Source: an uncultured Chloroflexia bacterium (lineage in GTDB: Bacteria > Chloroflexota > Limnocylindria > Limnocylindrales > CSP1-4). From it: DNA of 64,000 bases. Both the position numbers and the translations under genes were made by a program. Under the pieces are notes generated by a model, which made no database searches, had not been told where the DNA came from, and worked only from the letters and a program-made list of their open reading frames with translations. The DNA is taken from NCBI GenBank assembly GCA_963764975.1, contig CAVXUF010000002.1, positions 467,809 through 531,808 of the forward strand. The letters are read 5' to 3'. Shown here piece after piece: positions 30,264 to 39,764 of this stretch; within the stretch, counting starts at the first letter, position 1, and each line of letters starts with the position of its first letter.

Positions 30264-33148
30264 GGTGCGCCATCCTTGCCCGTGAATGGGATGACGTTGC
30301 CTCCGGATCCGACCTCCTCGAAGTCGTCAGCGCGATGACGGATCTTCGAACCAAAGATGAGTGCTGATCGAGCGTCGGAGGAAACCCGTGCGGCGGCCAG
30401 CTTGGGTGCTCGAGAAGACCTCGCCACGGCTGTGTGCTCGTCCTCAGGCACGACTGGGGCAGCCCACAGGGGTTCACGCGCCGCGCCGAGAACATCGCCA
30501 CGAGGCAGGTCGAGGCGCTTCGCGGCCGTTCGGCCACTCGCCTTCCTCGCCGCCGCCTGTTCGGCGATCAGGTCTCCTTCCCGCTCCAGCATTTCGACGA
30601 GCAGGTCCCCGAGCTTGCCGTCCTCGACCTGCTTGCGCCGGTAGTGGCCCTCGTTGAAGGCCAGGACTACCTTGGTGAAGAAGGAGAGTTCCAGGTAGGT
30701 CAGGTGGAAGCGAGCGATGGGCGAGCGTAGGACGCATCGAACCCAGCGAGCGGCGACAAATTCTCCATCGTCCGTGTGACGTGGGACGAACACCCACACG
30801 GCACCGATGTCGCCACGAATGATCCTCACCGTCACCTGAACGCCTTCGAGCCGAGGGTGCGTGAGGGCCTCATCCCAGTAGTAGAGACGGTTCACCCAGA
30901 TCCCATTGCTGTTGGAGACCTTCGGACGCCATGCATGTCGAACGGCCATCTCACGCTCGATGTGCGCACTCCAGCGGACGAGGCGCGACTGGCGCATACC
31001 GTGTTCGAAACGCGCATCCCAAGCTTCGTCTGTCGTCTGGCGGAGTGCCTGGATGACTCGCTCGTGCTCGACAAGCGCGTCCCGTTTGTCAACGAGCGCG
31101 ATGGCCTCCGCAAGGGGCCAGATCGCGTGGTTCCGGGGATCAAGCTCACGGTCCATGGCGCGCGCATTCTTGGAAATCTGGGTATTGGCCATCATCGCGT
31201 TGAACAAGTCGGTATTGATCGCCCCGAACCTCCGTTCGACCGGTAGACCGCCCCGGCCACTCGATTTCAGGCGGTACTTCACCTCAGAGCCGTGAAGCGC
31301 TAGGAACTTTTGGACTCGAGTGGTCTTGTGGACAAGCGCGTTGTCGAGAACGTAGACCTCGGACAGGAAGCCGAACTTTCGGATCTGGTCAGCGAGGGCC
31401 TCGAGGACGACACCCTCGTCGACCTCGCCGAAGTGCCAAGCCTGCCCGAGCTTCTTCCCCGAGAAGCCATCGACAAGTCGGAAGAGGCTCGGGCGCAGCG
31501 CGCCGTCCCGGGTGAAGCGCTCGCATACCCAGATGTCGGTGACGGTCGCGTCCCCATGAGCGATCTGGCCAGGGTATTGGCCGTTCGGCGACTCTGAGTC
31601 CGGATCGAACATGACCCACGGCTTCTTGGAGGCAGCACCCTTGTGCCCGACGCTCTTGAGCAGCGACTCGTAGATCGGACGTCCTCGGAGCCAGGTCAGG
31701 ATGGCCGGATAGCTCGGTGCTTTGATGCCTTGCTTGTTGGCGCGGGATAACACGTCGCGATAGAACGCTTTGGCCGACGGTTTTCGCCCAGGCGTGTCGA
31801 AGAACGCCGCTGCGCGGACGACCAGGAAGTCGTTCACCGGTTCGGCGAGGTGGCTGCCAGGTCTACCTGCATTCGGACGTTCGAGCAGGCCCGCGAACCC
31901 GCAGCCGATCTCAGCCCATTCCCAGTAACGCGTCTGCCATTCCCGGACAGTGGCCAGGGCTGGGTTCTTGCCCGCCACGACGGGAAACGCAATGCGCTCG
32001 CGCGCCCAATACTCCTGTAGAGCGACAAGTCGCTCCTCGGCAAGTTCGACCGCGTCAGGTCCTGCTCCATCGAACCGCGCCTCGATCAGGGCGAGGTTCG
32101 CTCGATCCTCATCGTCCGCGGGGCCGAGTCCACTCATCGCTCCAGATCTGATTGCTTGGTCGACGTCTGAGCGAGAGACCACTTTCGTCCTGCGTCCATC
32201 GGGACCGTCGATTTGCTTGAACGAGATGCTGCCCGCCGACGTTCGGACAATCTCGTACCGAGCATCGAGCCAGAGGACCATCTCGCCGGCCTTGAGATTG
32301 ACCGGTCCCGGCCGTCCTCCACCGACCGCGACCACCACTGGTGACGGCATCTGCGCGGCGACGACAGGCGAGAGGTAGGCGAAGGCCGCGTCCTCATACT
32401 CGAGTTCGTACGCCAACAGGTCGACATAGATCAGGCCGCTCAGGATGGCGATGCAGATGTCGTCCTTAGAGAACCCGCGACGACGCAGTTCGCCGACCGG
32501 GATACCTGGATGGTCTGCGACGCACGACCAAATCGCGGATGCGATCCCCTCCGGAACAGCGCATCCGATGAAGCTCGCAAGGTATTTGGCGTTGCTGATC
32601 TCCTTCTTGCTGAGCGACTCGATGACGATGACCGTGTAGGTGAGACCCCATTCGGCGGCGTAGTCGTCGCCGCTTGGACAGCGCCAGAGTCCGTCGACCT
32701 TGACGTAGAACCCTGGGTGCGCGTCGATCTGGTCGTCTACCGCCTTCTGCGTCTTGATGTCGACCCAGCCGGGAGCCTTGTCGCCCCAGAAGACGAAAGC
32801 GTCCATGGTTCCCCACTGCGATGGGAACCTGACCTTTCCGTCGTCGCCGAGCGTGGCAAAGACCCGCTTCACCTGCTCCTTGGGCTGCGCCGCGTACCAG
32901 AGGACTCGCGTCCAATACTCGAACAGCTTGTAAACGTTGTACTCACTGAACAATTCAGCTTCCCTCGTGCGACCCGCCTTCTTGCTCGCGATCCTCGCGC
33001 TGCCGTGGTAGCGATCGGGGCGGGTCTTTCGTGACGCACCGATTGCCGCCCAGACCCGCCGACAGATGGCTTCCCCGCCGGCCGATAGAGCTGGCGACAG
33101 TCCAGACCGGTAGGTTTCGAAATCCTCTGCCTCGAATCTGCGTTTCAT
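30260..33148 (-). CDS. TnsA-TnsB fusion transposase (Tn7-like)
   Basis: N-terminal TnsA-like endonuclease (SKKAGRT.EAE...YAAQP...TMDAFV...DIK); C-terminal Mu/DDE domain (AHGDAT, VLDN, PVERRFG). Confidence 0.85.
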   Translation of the reverse strand: MKRRFEAEDFETYRSGLSPALSAGGEAICRRVWAAIGASRKTRPDRYHGSARIASKKAGRTREAELFSEYNVYKLFEYWTRVLWYAAQPKEQVKRVFATLGDDGKVRFPSQWGTMDAFVFWGDKAPGWVDIKTQKAVDDQIDAHPGFYVKVDGLWRCPSGDDYAAEWGLTYTVIVIESLSKKEISNAKYLASFIGCAVPEGIASAIWSCVADHPGIPVGELRRRGFSKDDICIAILSGLIYVDLLAYELEYEDAAFAYLSPVVAAQMPSPVVVAVGGGRPGPVNLKAGEMVLWLDARYEIVRTSAGSISFKQIDGPDGRRTKVVSRSDVDQAIRSGAMSGLGPADDEDRANLALIEARFDGAGPDAVELAEERLVALQEYWARERIAFPVVAGKNPALATVREWQTRYWEWAEIGCGFAGLLERPNAGRPGSHLAEPVNDFLVVRAAAFFDTPGRKPSAKAFYRDVLSRANKQGIKAPSYPAILTWLRGRPIYESLLKSVGHKGAASKKPWVMFDPDSESPNGQYPGQIAHGDATVTDIWVCERFTRDGALRPSLFRLVDGFSGKKLGQAWHFGEVDEGVVLEALADQIRKFGFLSEVYVLDNALVHKTTRVQKFLALHGSEVKYRLKSSGRGGLPVERRFGAINTDLFNAMMANTQISKNARAMDRELDPRNHAIWPLAEAIALVDKRDALVEHERVIQALRQTTDEAWDARFEHGMRQSRLVRWSAHIEREMAVRHAWRPKVSNSNGIWVNRLYYWDEALTHPRLEGVQVTVRIIRGDIGAVWVFVPRHTDDGEFVAARWVRCVLRSPIARFHLTYLELSFFTKVVLAFNEGHYRRKQVEDGKLGDLLVEMLEREGDLIAEQAAARKASGRTAAKRLDLPRGDVLGAAREPLWAAPVVPEDEHTAVARSSRAPKLAAARVSSDARSALIFGSKIRHRADDFEEVGSGGNVIPFTGKDGAP

Positions 33149-33660
33149 GTCGATGACCTGGCGGCGATGGGCACGGCTACGCAGATTGCACACAGTCCGC
33201 CTTCACGCGTGGCCTGACGGCGCAGACGCTCCGCTCGACGCAGTAGCGCCAAGTCCGGGTCACCCGAGTCGTGCCAGATCGCGCGATCGAGCAGCGCCAT
33301 CGGGACGACTCGCCCGACGCCGGCCAATGCCCGATGCGCTGCCCCGAAGTCACAGGCGTGTCGGATCGTCGTTCGGTCTGCCTGGCTCAGGGCGACATCA
33401 GAGCCAGCCCGCTCGTGTGACTGCAGGAACTCCGCATATCGGGTCTCGAGCGATCGCGCCGACACGCCGAGCGTGAGGCGAACTCGGTCGAGCACATGCC
33501 ATGGCATGTCAGCGTGCTTCGTATGCATTTCGAGAAGCACCTGGAAGGCTTCGTGCCATTGGGCGCCGGTGGGTCGCTGGCGGGCGGGACCGCGAGAAGG
33601 CGTGGCGACCGGAGTCGGCGAGTTCGCGTGATGGTGTGCATCGGAAGGCATGCCCACCAC
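33145..33660 (-). CDS. hypothetical HTH-like protein ending in CxxC, coupled to tnsAB
   Basis: Stop overlaps tnsAB start (ATGA); LGVSARSLETRY helix-turn-helix-like segment. Confidence 0.55.
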   Translation of the reverse strand: MVGMPSDAHHHANSPTPVATPSRGPARQRPTGAQWHEAFQVLLEMHTKHADMPWHVLDRVRLTLGVSARSLETRYAEFLQSHERAGSDVALSQADRTTIRHACDFGAAHRALAGVGRVVPMALLDRAIWHDSGDPDLALLRRAERLRRQATREGGLCAICVAVPIAARSST

Positions 33661-33840
33661 AGAAGCAGCAGATGGCGCCGATAGCTATGGCGCGCCGGCT
33701 CGCGAATGCGGGCTTTGCGGGATTGTGAGGCGAATTCCGCCGACCGGAGGTGCGTTTGGGCAACGCCATCGCACCATGAGCGGAGCGTTGAGCTTGTTCG
33801 TCAGTCAGACAACGCGCGTCGATCCTCTGTTGACGAGGGT

Positions 33841-34383
33841 ATGGAAACCCTTGAAATGAGCGTGCCGGAAGCGGCACGACGCCTCGGTCGTAATGAGAGC
33901 ACCGTCCGTCGAATGATCGACGACGGCCGCCTGCCTGGTACACCCAAAAGGAAGCCGGGCGCCCATGCCAAGGTCTTGCGTGCGGCTGTCGAGGCGATGG
34001 CTGCCACCTCTCGCCAGTACTCCTCGATCTCGGCACGACTAGCGAACCTTCCCACGAGGGTTTGGAGCGGCCGCATGGGGCCGGCTCTGTTCATCCTCGA
34101 CCACGAAGCTATCCGCCGCGAGGTCTACCGGCACGTTTACCTTGGGCCAGATCGAATCGACTTCGACGTCATCTACTCGGAGTTCCTGGCCGACGAGGAC
34201 GTTGCGCTGGTGGAGGCGGCGCACGTCTTGTACGACGCTGCTGTCGACGTCAGCTTTACGCGACTCGTAGAGACGCTTCGGGGCGAGCGTCTCCTGCGTG
34301 TGGGTCTCGCCATTGAACTGCGCGAGGGTTCGATCGACCGATGGGAGGCTTTTCGCATCATCGGCCGGCACAGTCGCAGGTGA
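33841..34383 (+). CDS. excisionase/MerR-like HTH DNA-binding protein with unknown C-terminus
   Basis: MSVPEAARRLGRNESTVRRMIDDGRLPG. Confidence 0.7.
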   Translation: METLEMSVPEAARRLGRNESTVRRMIDDGRLPGTPKRKPGAHAKVLRAAVEAMAATSRQYSSISARLANLPTRVWSGRMGPALFILDHEAIRREVYRHVYLGPDRIDFDVIYSEFLADEDVALVEAAHVLYDAAVDVSFTRLVETLRGERLLRVGLAIELREGSIDRWEAFRIIGRHSRR

Positions 34384-34860
34384 GGTGAAAAGGCTCGGAC
34401 CCAGAATCCGGAGTTCCTGTGGACTTCCGGATGGCGCGGCTGCGGTCTCCGCGACGATGGTCGCGACCAACTGGCGTCGGACGCTTCGGAGGGCGACGAC
34501 AGGGTTACGGCTCCCCCGCCCAAGACGGAGCCGGGACCGCTTCGGCAGACCAATCAGGTCCGCGTAGAAGCGTTCGTTCTCGGGAACCAACGCGACTCGC
34601 AGGCCGGTGGCTCGACCGAGGATCGTCATGTCGGCAGCGAGCTGCGCGTCCGCCCAAGCCAGGTCGATGAGGTTGTCGGCGATCGACGTCGGCGGGAGCA
34701 GCGGTGTCACATGGTCGATACCACGGGGATCCTCGAGCATCGTCCGCAACAAGATGACGCGCCCTGAGCCGCGGCCTGTCTCTGGACAAGGGCGTTCCCA
34801 TTGCTCTCGCAGCTCTTCGGCCGTCGTGCCTTCGGGATGGACGCGCGTTCGGAGGCTCAT
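34039..34860 (-). CDS. hypothetical protein coupled to the AAA-protease gene (3' end doubtful; overlaps the opposite-strand gene)
   Basis: ATGA overlap with 34857-36236. Confidence 0.4.
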   Translation of the reverse strand: MSLRTRVHPEGTTAEELREQWERPCPETGRGSGRVILLRTMLEDPRGIDHVTPLLPPTSIADNLIDLAWADAQLAADMTILGRATGLRVALVPENERFYADLIGLPKRSRLRLGRGSRNPVVALRSVRRQLVATIVAETAAAPSGSPQELRILGPSLFTSPATVPADDAKSLPSVDRTLAQFNGETHTQETLAPKRLYESRKADVDSSVVQDVRRLHQRNVLVGQELRVDDVEVDSIWPKVNVPVDLAADSFVVEDEQSRPHAAAPNPRGKVR

Positions 34861-36236
34861 GCCGCCTCCGGCGTCATGAAGGCCGCCGCCTCGATCGCGG
34901 CCATCAGCTCGTCGCCCGTGAGTTCGGTCGCAGCATCGAGGGCTTTGGCGAATGTGGTGATCGGGCCGAAATTTGCCGCGACGATCCGCTCGGCCGCGGC
35001 GCGTGCCGAGACGAGCGTGGCCGCGACCACGGAGCCCAGACTGTCCTTCAGGTTTTCGGGCACATTGAGGCCGAACTCGGCGAGGGCCACCGGTGGGTGA
35101 CCAGCCTCCCAGCCCTGCTCCACGCGCTGGACCGCTCGATTCGTGGCCATCTCCAGATCCGCACCCGCCAATGAGGGCTCGCCGAGGATGGCGGCCTCTG
35201 AACAGGTTCCGCAGAACACGCTGATCAGGAAGTCGCGGTGCTCGTCATCAGGCAGGTCGTTGGGACTGATGCCTTCAAGGCCGAAATTCGTTTTCCCGCC
35301 GCCGTCGTTGTCGATCGAGACGGCGTGAACCCACGACGCGCCGTCGCCGCCACGGCCGGCGGCACGAGCCAGGATGACCAGGCCGGCGACATGACCGGCC
35401 TCATGGACGGCTGTCCGCCAGCGCGATGGGGAGTTCGTCTGCTCGGGCAGGATGTTGCCGGCGCGGCGCAGCGCCTCGACCAGGTCGGCGTCGACAAGGA
35501 CCGAACGTCCGGCGACCAGGGCCAGTCCGGCGGCGTCCTCGACGAACGCCTGGATGTCGGCCGGTGATCGGTCGCGACTGAGTCGGGCGGCCCGTCGGAG
35601 GTCGAGGGTGCCATCGGTCGGCCGAGACCGCGAGTACAGGGCGAACAGCTCGGCGCGCTCGTCCTCGTTGGGCAGGTCGAAGAAGATGTGCGTCCCCAGC
35701 CGACCGCTGCGGATGAGGGCGGGGTCCAGCTCCGCGGGGTGGCGATTCGTCGCCACGACGACGATCGGACCCTCGGAGGGGACCAACCCGGACAAGGTCG
35801 ACAGGGCCGAGGTCAGCAAAAGTCTGGTCGCCGGAGTATGGGTCCCGAATGCGCGCTGAACCGCCCAGGAGTCTGCCTCGTCGATGAAGACAACACTTTT
35901 CTGAGGAGCAGAAGCGAGCGAGCGGATGGCTCCCCGTAATCGGTCCGGGCTCAACTCGTCCGATGGGATCTCGTAGAGGTCCACCCCATCGCCCAATTGC
36001 GAGGCGAGGTAACGGGCGAGATGGGTCTTGCCTGTGCCGGGCGATCCGTAGAAGAGGATGCCCCGTGGTGGGACGGCGCCGAGGAGTGCGACTCGTTCGG
36101 GATCGCGGAGGCGAGCAAGGAGGGAGTCGACTTCGGCCATCGCGTGACCGATACCGACGACCTGCGATCGGTCGAACCGGGCCATCTCGACTCGGTGGGC
36201 ATCGAGCCAGGCTTGGGTGAATCGCGCCTTGAGCAT
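34857..36236 (-). CDS. soluble FtsH-like AAA+ ATPase with M41 peptidase domain
   Basis: PRGILFYGSPGTGKT, VFIDEAD, ATNR...LDPALIRSGRL, TAVHEAGH; no TM segments. Confidence 0.85.
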   Translation of the reverse strand: MLKARFTQAWLDAHRVEMARFDRSQVVGIGHAMAEVDSLLARLRDPERVALLGAVPPRGILFYGSPGTGKTHLARYLASQLGDGVDLYEIPSDELSPDRLRGAIRSLASAPQKSVVFIDEADSWAVQRAFGTHTPATRLLLTSALSTLSGLVPSEGPIVVVATNRHPAELDPALIRSGRLGTHIFFDLPNEDERAELFALYSRSRPTDGTLDLRRAARLSRDRSPADIQAFVEDAAGLALVAGRSVLVDADLVEALRRAGNILPEQTNSPSRWRTAVHEAGHVAGLVILARAAGRGGDGASWVHAVSIDNDGGGKTNFGLEGISPNDLPDDEHRDFLISVFCGTCSEAAILGEPSLAGADLEMATNRAVQRVEQGWEAGHPPVALAEFGLNVPENLKDSLGSVVAATLVSARAAAERIVAANFGPITTFAKALDAATELTGDELMAAIEAAAFMTPEAA

Positions 36237-36401
36237 CTGTTGGACTCCGGGTGACGGGGTGTGTCATCCGAGGAGACCAGCTATGGGGCGCTAGGGGAAG
36301 CACGTCGGGAGGCTCTAGAGGCCGGGGTGCGGTCATTGCGATCTTTGGGACCGCGAATGGGCCCTTCCTTGACAGCGCCAGTGTCCCAACCATCGTCTGA
36401 C

Positions 36402-36608
36402 ATGAAGAGCCAGCGGTTCATGGGCACGGAAGAGGTGGGGCGCCGACTCGGTATGAGTTCCGAGTGGGTGCGGCGGCAGTGCATTGCCATGAAGATGCCG
36501 GCGATCGTCTACCGCACAGGTTCGCGATCGGTGTACCGGATCACCGAGGAAGGGCTCGCTGAGTTCCAGCGGCGATATGCGGGCACCGCTGACGATGTTC
36601 AGGACTAA
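36402..36608 (+). CDS. excisionase-like HTH protein
   Basis: FMGTEEVGRRLGMSSEWVRRQC...YRITEEGL; TTGACA at 36369-36374 upstream. Confidence 0.7.
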   Translation: MKSQRFMGTEEVGRRLGMSSEWVRRQCIAMKMPAIVYRTGSRSVYRITEEGLAEFQRRYAGTADDVQD

Positions 36609-36898
36609 GCGCGATCCGAGTACGGCAGCGAATGGACCCGATGGGTTGGTTTGCCTGTTCCTCGCGGGTAGGCGTCGTCGGCCGGCCGAACAGTAAGACT
36701 CTTACAGTGTCGTTGCGCTACACCATCTCGAGGAGCCACCTTGAGCCAGGGCGGCGTGGTCGCGTCTCTCGCATCGGCGCAGATCCGCGCCACTTGAAGC
36801 GAACGCCTAAGGCCACTTGCTGCCGTACTGGGCGCGATCCCATGCGGGCGTCAGGCCGAACAGGACACCAACGGACTGGCGCGCGGAGGCTGCGAGCT

Positions 36899-39112
36899 CT
36901 AGAGGTTGTCGGCACCCATGTCAGCCCAACCAGGGGGCCACAGCTCCATGTGATCCTCACCCTGCGGCGCTTGCGCGGCACTCTCGGGCCGACGAGGTGA
37001 GGAAGCCGTGGCCGCCTCCGAGAGCAACTCGTCGAAGCGAGCAGCGAGCTCCAGATCGGGACTCGCTGGAATCTCCCGGATCCCGTCGATCTGATCGAGT
37101 CGGTACTCGCTGATCCGTCCGACCAGGACCAGGTCTCCACGAGACCTGGTCAGACCGACGTAGACCAAGCCGGCCGTCTGCGCCGGCGCCGACCTGAACG
37201 GGAGGATCAGGATCACCCGTCCAGCCTCCCAACCCTTGAAGGAATGGACGGTGGAGACCTTGAGGCGGGCGTCCCCGAATGCGAATGTCTTCTTGTTCGC
37301 CTGCGCGATCCGCCATGGCGCGTCCTGTTCCCGACCCGTCGACCGTTCCATCATCGCCCCAGTGCGGGTGACGGGAAAGACGTGGTTCGTGCTCACACCC
37401 TGCTCGGCGAGGAGCCGGACAAGCGCCTGGCCCAGCGGCTTATCTGGGACCACGATCGCGACGTCGCGCGCTCGATAGTCTGGTTCGGCCTGCCACGATC
37501 GAAGCACGCCAATCACCTCCGCAGCGGCATCGGCCGGCCTGTGCGCCCTGATCGTCGAGACGGTGGCATCTGGAGGCAGGAGTCCATCCTCAGCCGCTTG
37601 AAGCGGAGGCGTCTTCAGAGACCACTCAGCGGCGAAAGTGGTGGCAAGAAGGACACTTGATGCCGGCAGCCTGATGGCCTTGCCGAGCCGATGGACGCGG
37701 CCCGTCGTTCCTCCAAACAGCCGGGCAATATCGCCGCGCGTCATGGCCGACTCACGCTCATACAGGCGCTGGGCCGCGTCGTATGCCAGGACGACCTCAG
37801 AAGCCCCAAGACGCTGGACTAGCTCGAACCAGGCGGGACTGAAATCCTGCGCCTCATCGATGAACACGGCGTCAAACTGGAGCGTATCGGGTACTCCACG
37901 CTGTTCGAGAAGGCGGATCGCAGACGCCGGCCAGTCAGCTTCGAGCGCCTGTTGATCGGCCGCCTCGTCGTCCCACGGTCCCGCCTCGACGGGGCGCGTG
38001 GCTCCGATCGGTGGAAGTGGCTCGCGGTAGTAGTCGTGGACGCGGCGGCACAGTTCGTGGAGGTGCAGGACGGTTACACGGTCTGGCCGGTACGCGACAG
38101 GGACGAGCCGGAGCATCCCTCGCACGTAGTTGGTCAACGTCCTGTTGAAGGTCAGAATCAGGGACCTCCTCCCACGCTGGGCCGACACGCCGGCCCGCTG
38201 TGCGAGGACAAGGGTTTTACCGCTGCCTGCCACGCCTTCGAGGCCCGTGTAGCCGTCACGAGGAACGGCGAAGTCCCGCTGCTCCTTGTTGAGGGTGATG
38301 GTCGCAAGCGCATCGGGCATTCGGCGTTCGTGGGTCAGCGCTTGGTCGAGGGCCTCGAACCACTGGTCCTCAAGAACCGCGGCTCGACCCAGGATCGGCA
38401 CCACGCGCAGTGGGTCGCTCACGACGAGGCCGTCGTGTCCGAATGCATCGACGTGGCGCGCGTCTGGATCCTGGGATGCCAGGCGTCGGGCATCGGCCGT
38501 CGATGACTGGGAAAAGAACAGACCCGCCCTCAGGACCCCGAATCGCCGCGAGTCGTCGTTGATCGCCTCGCCGATCTCCGGAGCGTAGACGCCATACACG
38601 CGCGAGCGGACGGCATTGAGGAACCTGAACGGCGAAGCGAAGCGCCCTTCGATCGGGCCCTCGCCAACCCAGACCCCTCGTTCGACCCGGAAATACTTCA
38701 GGTCCCAGTCGACGACATCCCAGAACATGCCGCCCGCGGTGCGGTGCAGCGCGGCGATCAGCGGGCGGTCCGCATCCAGGTGTGGGCGGACGTAGATGTT
38801 CCAATCGTGGGGAAGGACGTCATCAAGAAACCGGGCCAGACGACGTTCGCCGTCCGTCAACGGAGGGATGAACCTGTCGGGATCATTGATCTCCGCCCAT
38901 GCCGGACTGATCCGACCTTCATCCGCGGCGGTCAGGCGACGGAGCCCTGGATGGTGCTCCAGAAAATCACGGGTCTCGCCGTCGTCGAAGCGAGCCGAGA
39001 TGATCCCGGACCGGACAGCCAGAACCGTCGCATTGCCCAATTGCGGATGCCGGACACGCTCGCCGGGGCCGAGCGGGGTCCGTTCGTCAGGTCCTTCGCC
39101 CGCGAGCGTCAT
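36899..39112 (-). CDS. NERD-like nuclease + SF1 (UvrD-like) helicase with N-terminal Tudor/SH3-like domain
   Basis: GERVRHPQLGNATV; LTDGERRL...WNIYVRPHL; GVAGSGKT, FIDEAQD, STVHSFKGWE, YVGLTRSR. Confidence 0.85.
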   Translation of the reverse strand: MTLAGEGPDERTPLGPGERVRHPQLGNATVLAVRSGIISARFDDGETRDFLEHHPGLRRLTAADEGRISPAWAEINDPDRFIPPLTDGERRLARFLDDVLPHDWNIYVRPHLDADRPLIAALHRTAGGMFWDVVDWDLKYFRVERGVWVGEGPIEGRFASPFRFLNAVRSRVYGVYAPEIGEAINDDSRRFGVLRAGLFFSQSSTADARRLASQDPDARHVDAFGHDGLVVSDPLRVVPILGRAAVLEDQWFEALDQALTHERRMPDALATITLNKEQRDFAVPRDGYTGLEGVAGSGKTLVLAQRAGVSAQRGRRSLILTFNRTLTNYVRGMLRLVPVAYRPDRVTVLHLHELCRRVHDYYREPLPPIGATRPVEAGPWDDEAADQQALEADWPASAIRLLEQRGVPDTLQFDAVFIDEAQDFSPAWFELVQRLGASEVVLAYDAAQRLYERESAMTRGDIARLFGGTTGRVHRLGKAIRLPASSVLLATTFAAEWSLKTPPLQAAEDGLLPPDATVSTIRAHRPADAAAEVIGVLRSWQAEPDYRARDVAIVVPDKPLGQALVRLLAEQGVSTNHVFPVTRTGAMMERSTGREQDAPWRIAQANKKTFAFGDARLKVSTVHSFKGWEAGRVILILPFRSAPAQTAGLVYVGLTRSRGDLVLVGRISEYRLDQIDGIREIPASPDLELAARFDELLSEAATASSPRRPESAAQAPQGEDHMELWPPGWADMGADNL

Positions 39113-39308
39113 GTGGAGAGCCTACGGGACCCCCGTCGCAGCGACTCAACCAATGCACGACCAGGTCCACGGCCTGACTCATCCGGGCTCCGCGCAGTCG
39201 AGAGCCCTACAGCCGCCAAGGACCGCGTGCTCGGTGTCGAAAGATGACTTGACGCCAACCGCAACCCGCCCATGACTAGGGTCCACTCACCACATCGAGG
39301 ACAGACCC

Positions 39309-39551
39309 ATGGGCAAGCGAGTCAAATGCGTTCTCCTGGCCACCTACACGAACGACAGCGGCGACCGGATGGAATGGGTACTGCCCGAAGTGTCGACGCC
39401 CGAAGTCGAGGTCATCGGGGCGTTCCTTCGCCACGCCTATCCAGGAGGTGGAGCGCTCGTGTCCGTCGTTCCCATCGAAGCGCTGAGCGACTTCACGGGT
39501 GGTTTCGATGGCGAGTTCGAGGCATTCCTAGCCCGCGCCTGGACGCGATAG
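39309..39551 (+). CDS. small hypothetical protein
   Basis: GAGGA RBS; 80-aa coding-like ORF. Confidence 0.5.
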   Translation: MGKRVKCVLLATYTNDSGDRMEWVLPEVSTPEVEVIGAFLRHAYPGGGALVSVVPIEALSDFTGGFDGEFEAFLARAWTR

Positions 39552-39764
39552 CGGGCCGCGATGCGCGCGATAGGCGGCAGTCAGGACATCGGTCGATTTG
39601 TTGCCCTGAGGAATGGCCGCACTTCGATCGCTTCGACTGAGGCTTCTGGGCGATACTGAATGACTCGGTGGACGTCATAGGTCGACGCGCCGTCAAGTCG
39701 TCGTGCGCAGATGCTGGCGGTCCCTTCGCATGAGGGGCCTCGATTTGGTCGCATTGGAGCGAAC

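Larger units (their letters stand above)
27662..33148 (-). mobile_element. Tn7-like transposition module tnsAB-tnsC-tniQ (element ends not located)
   Basis: Three translationally coupled genes in canonical order, with defence-type genes on both sides. Confidence 0.8.
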
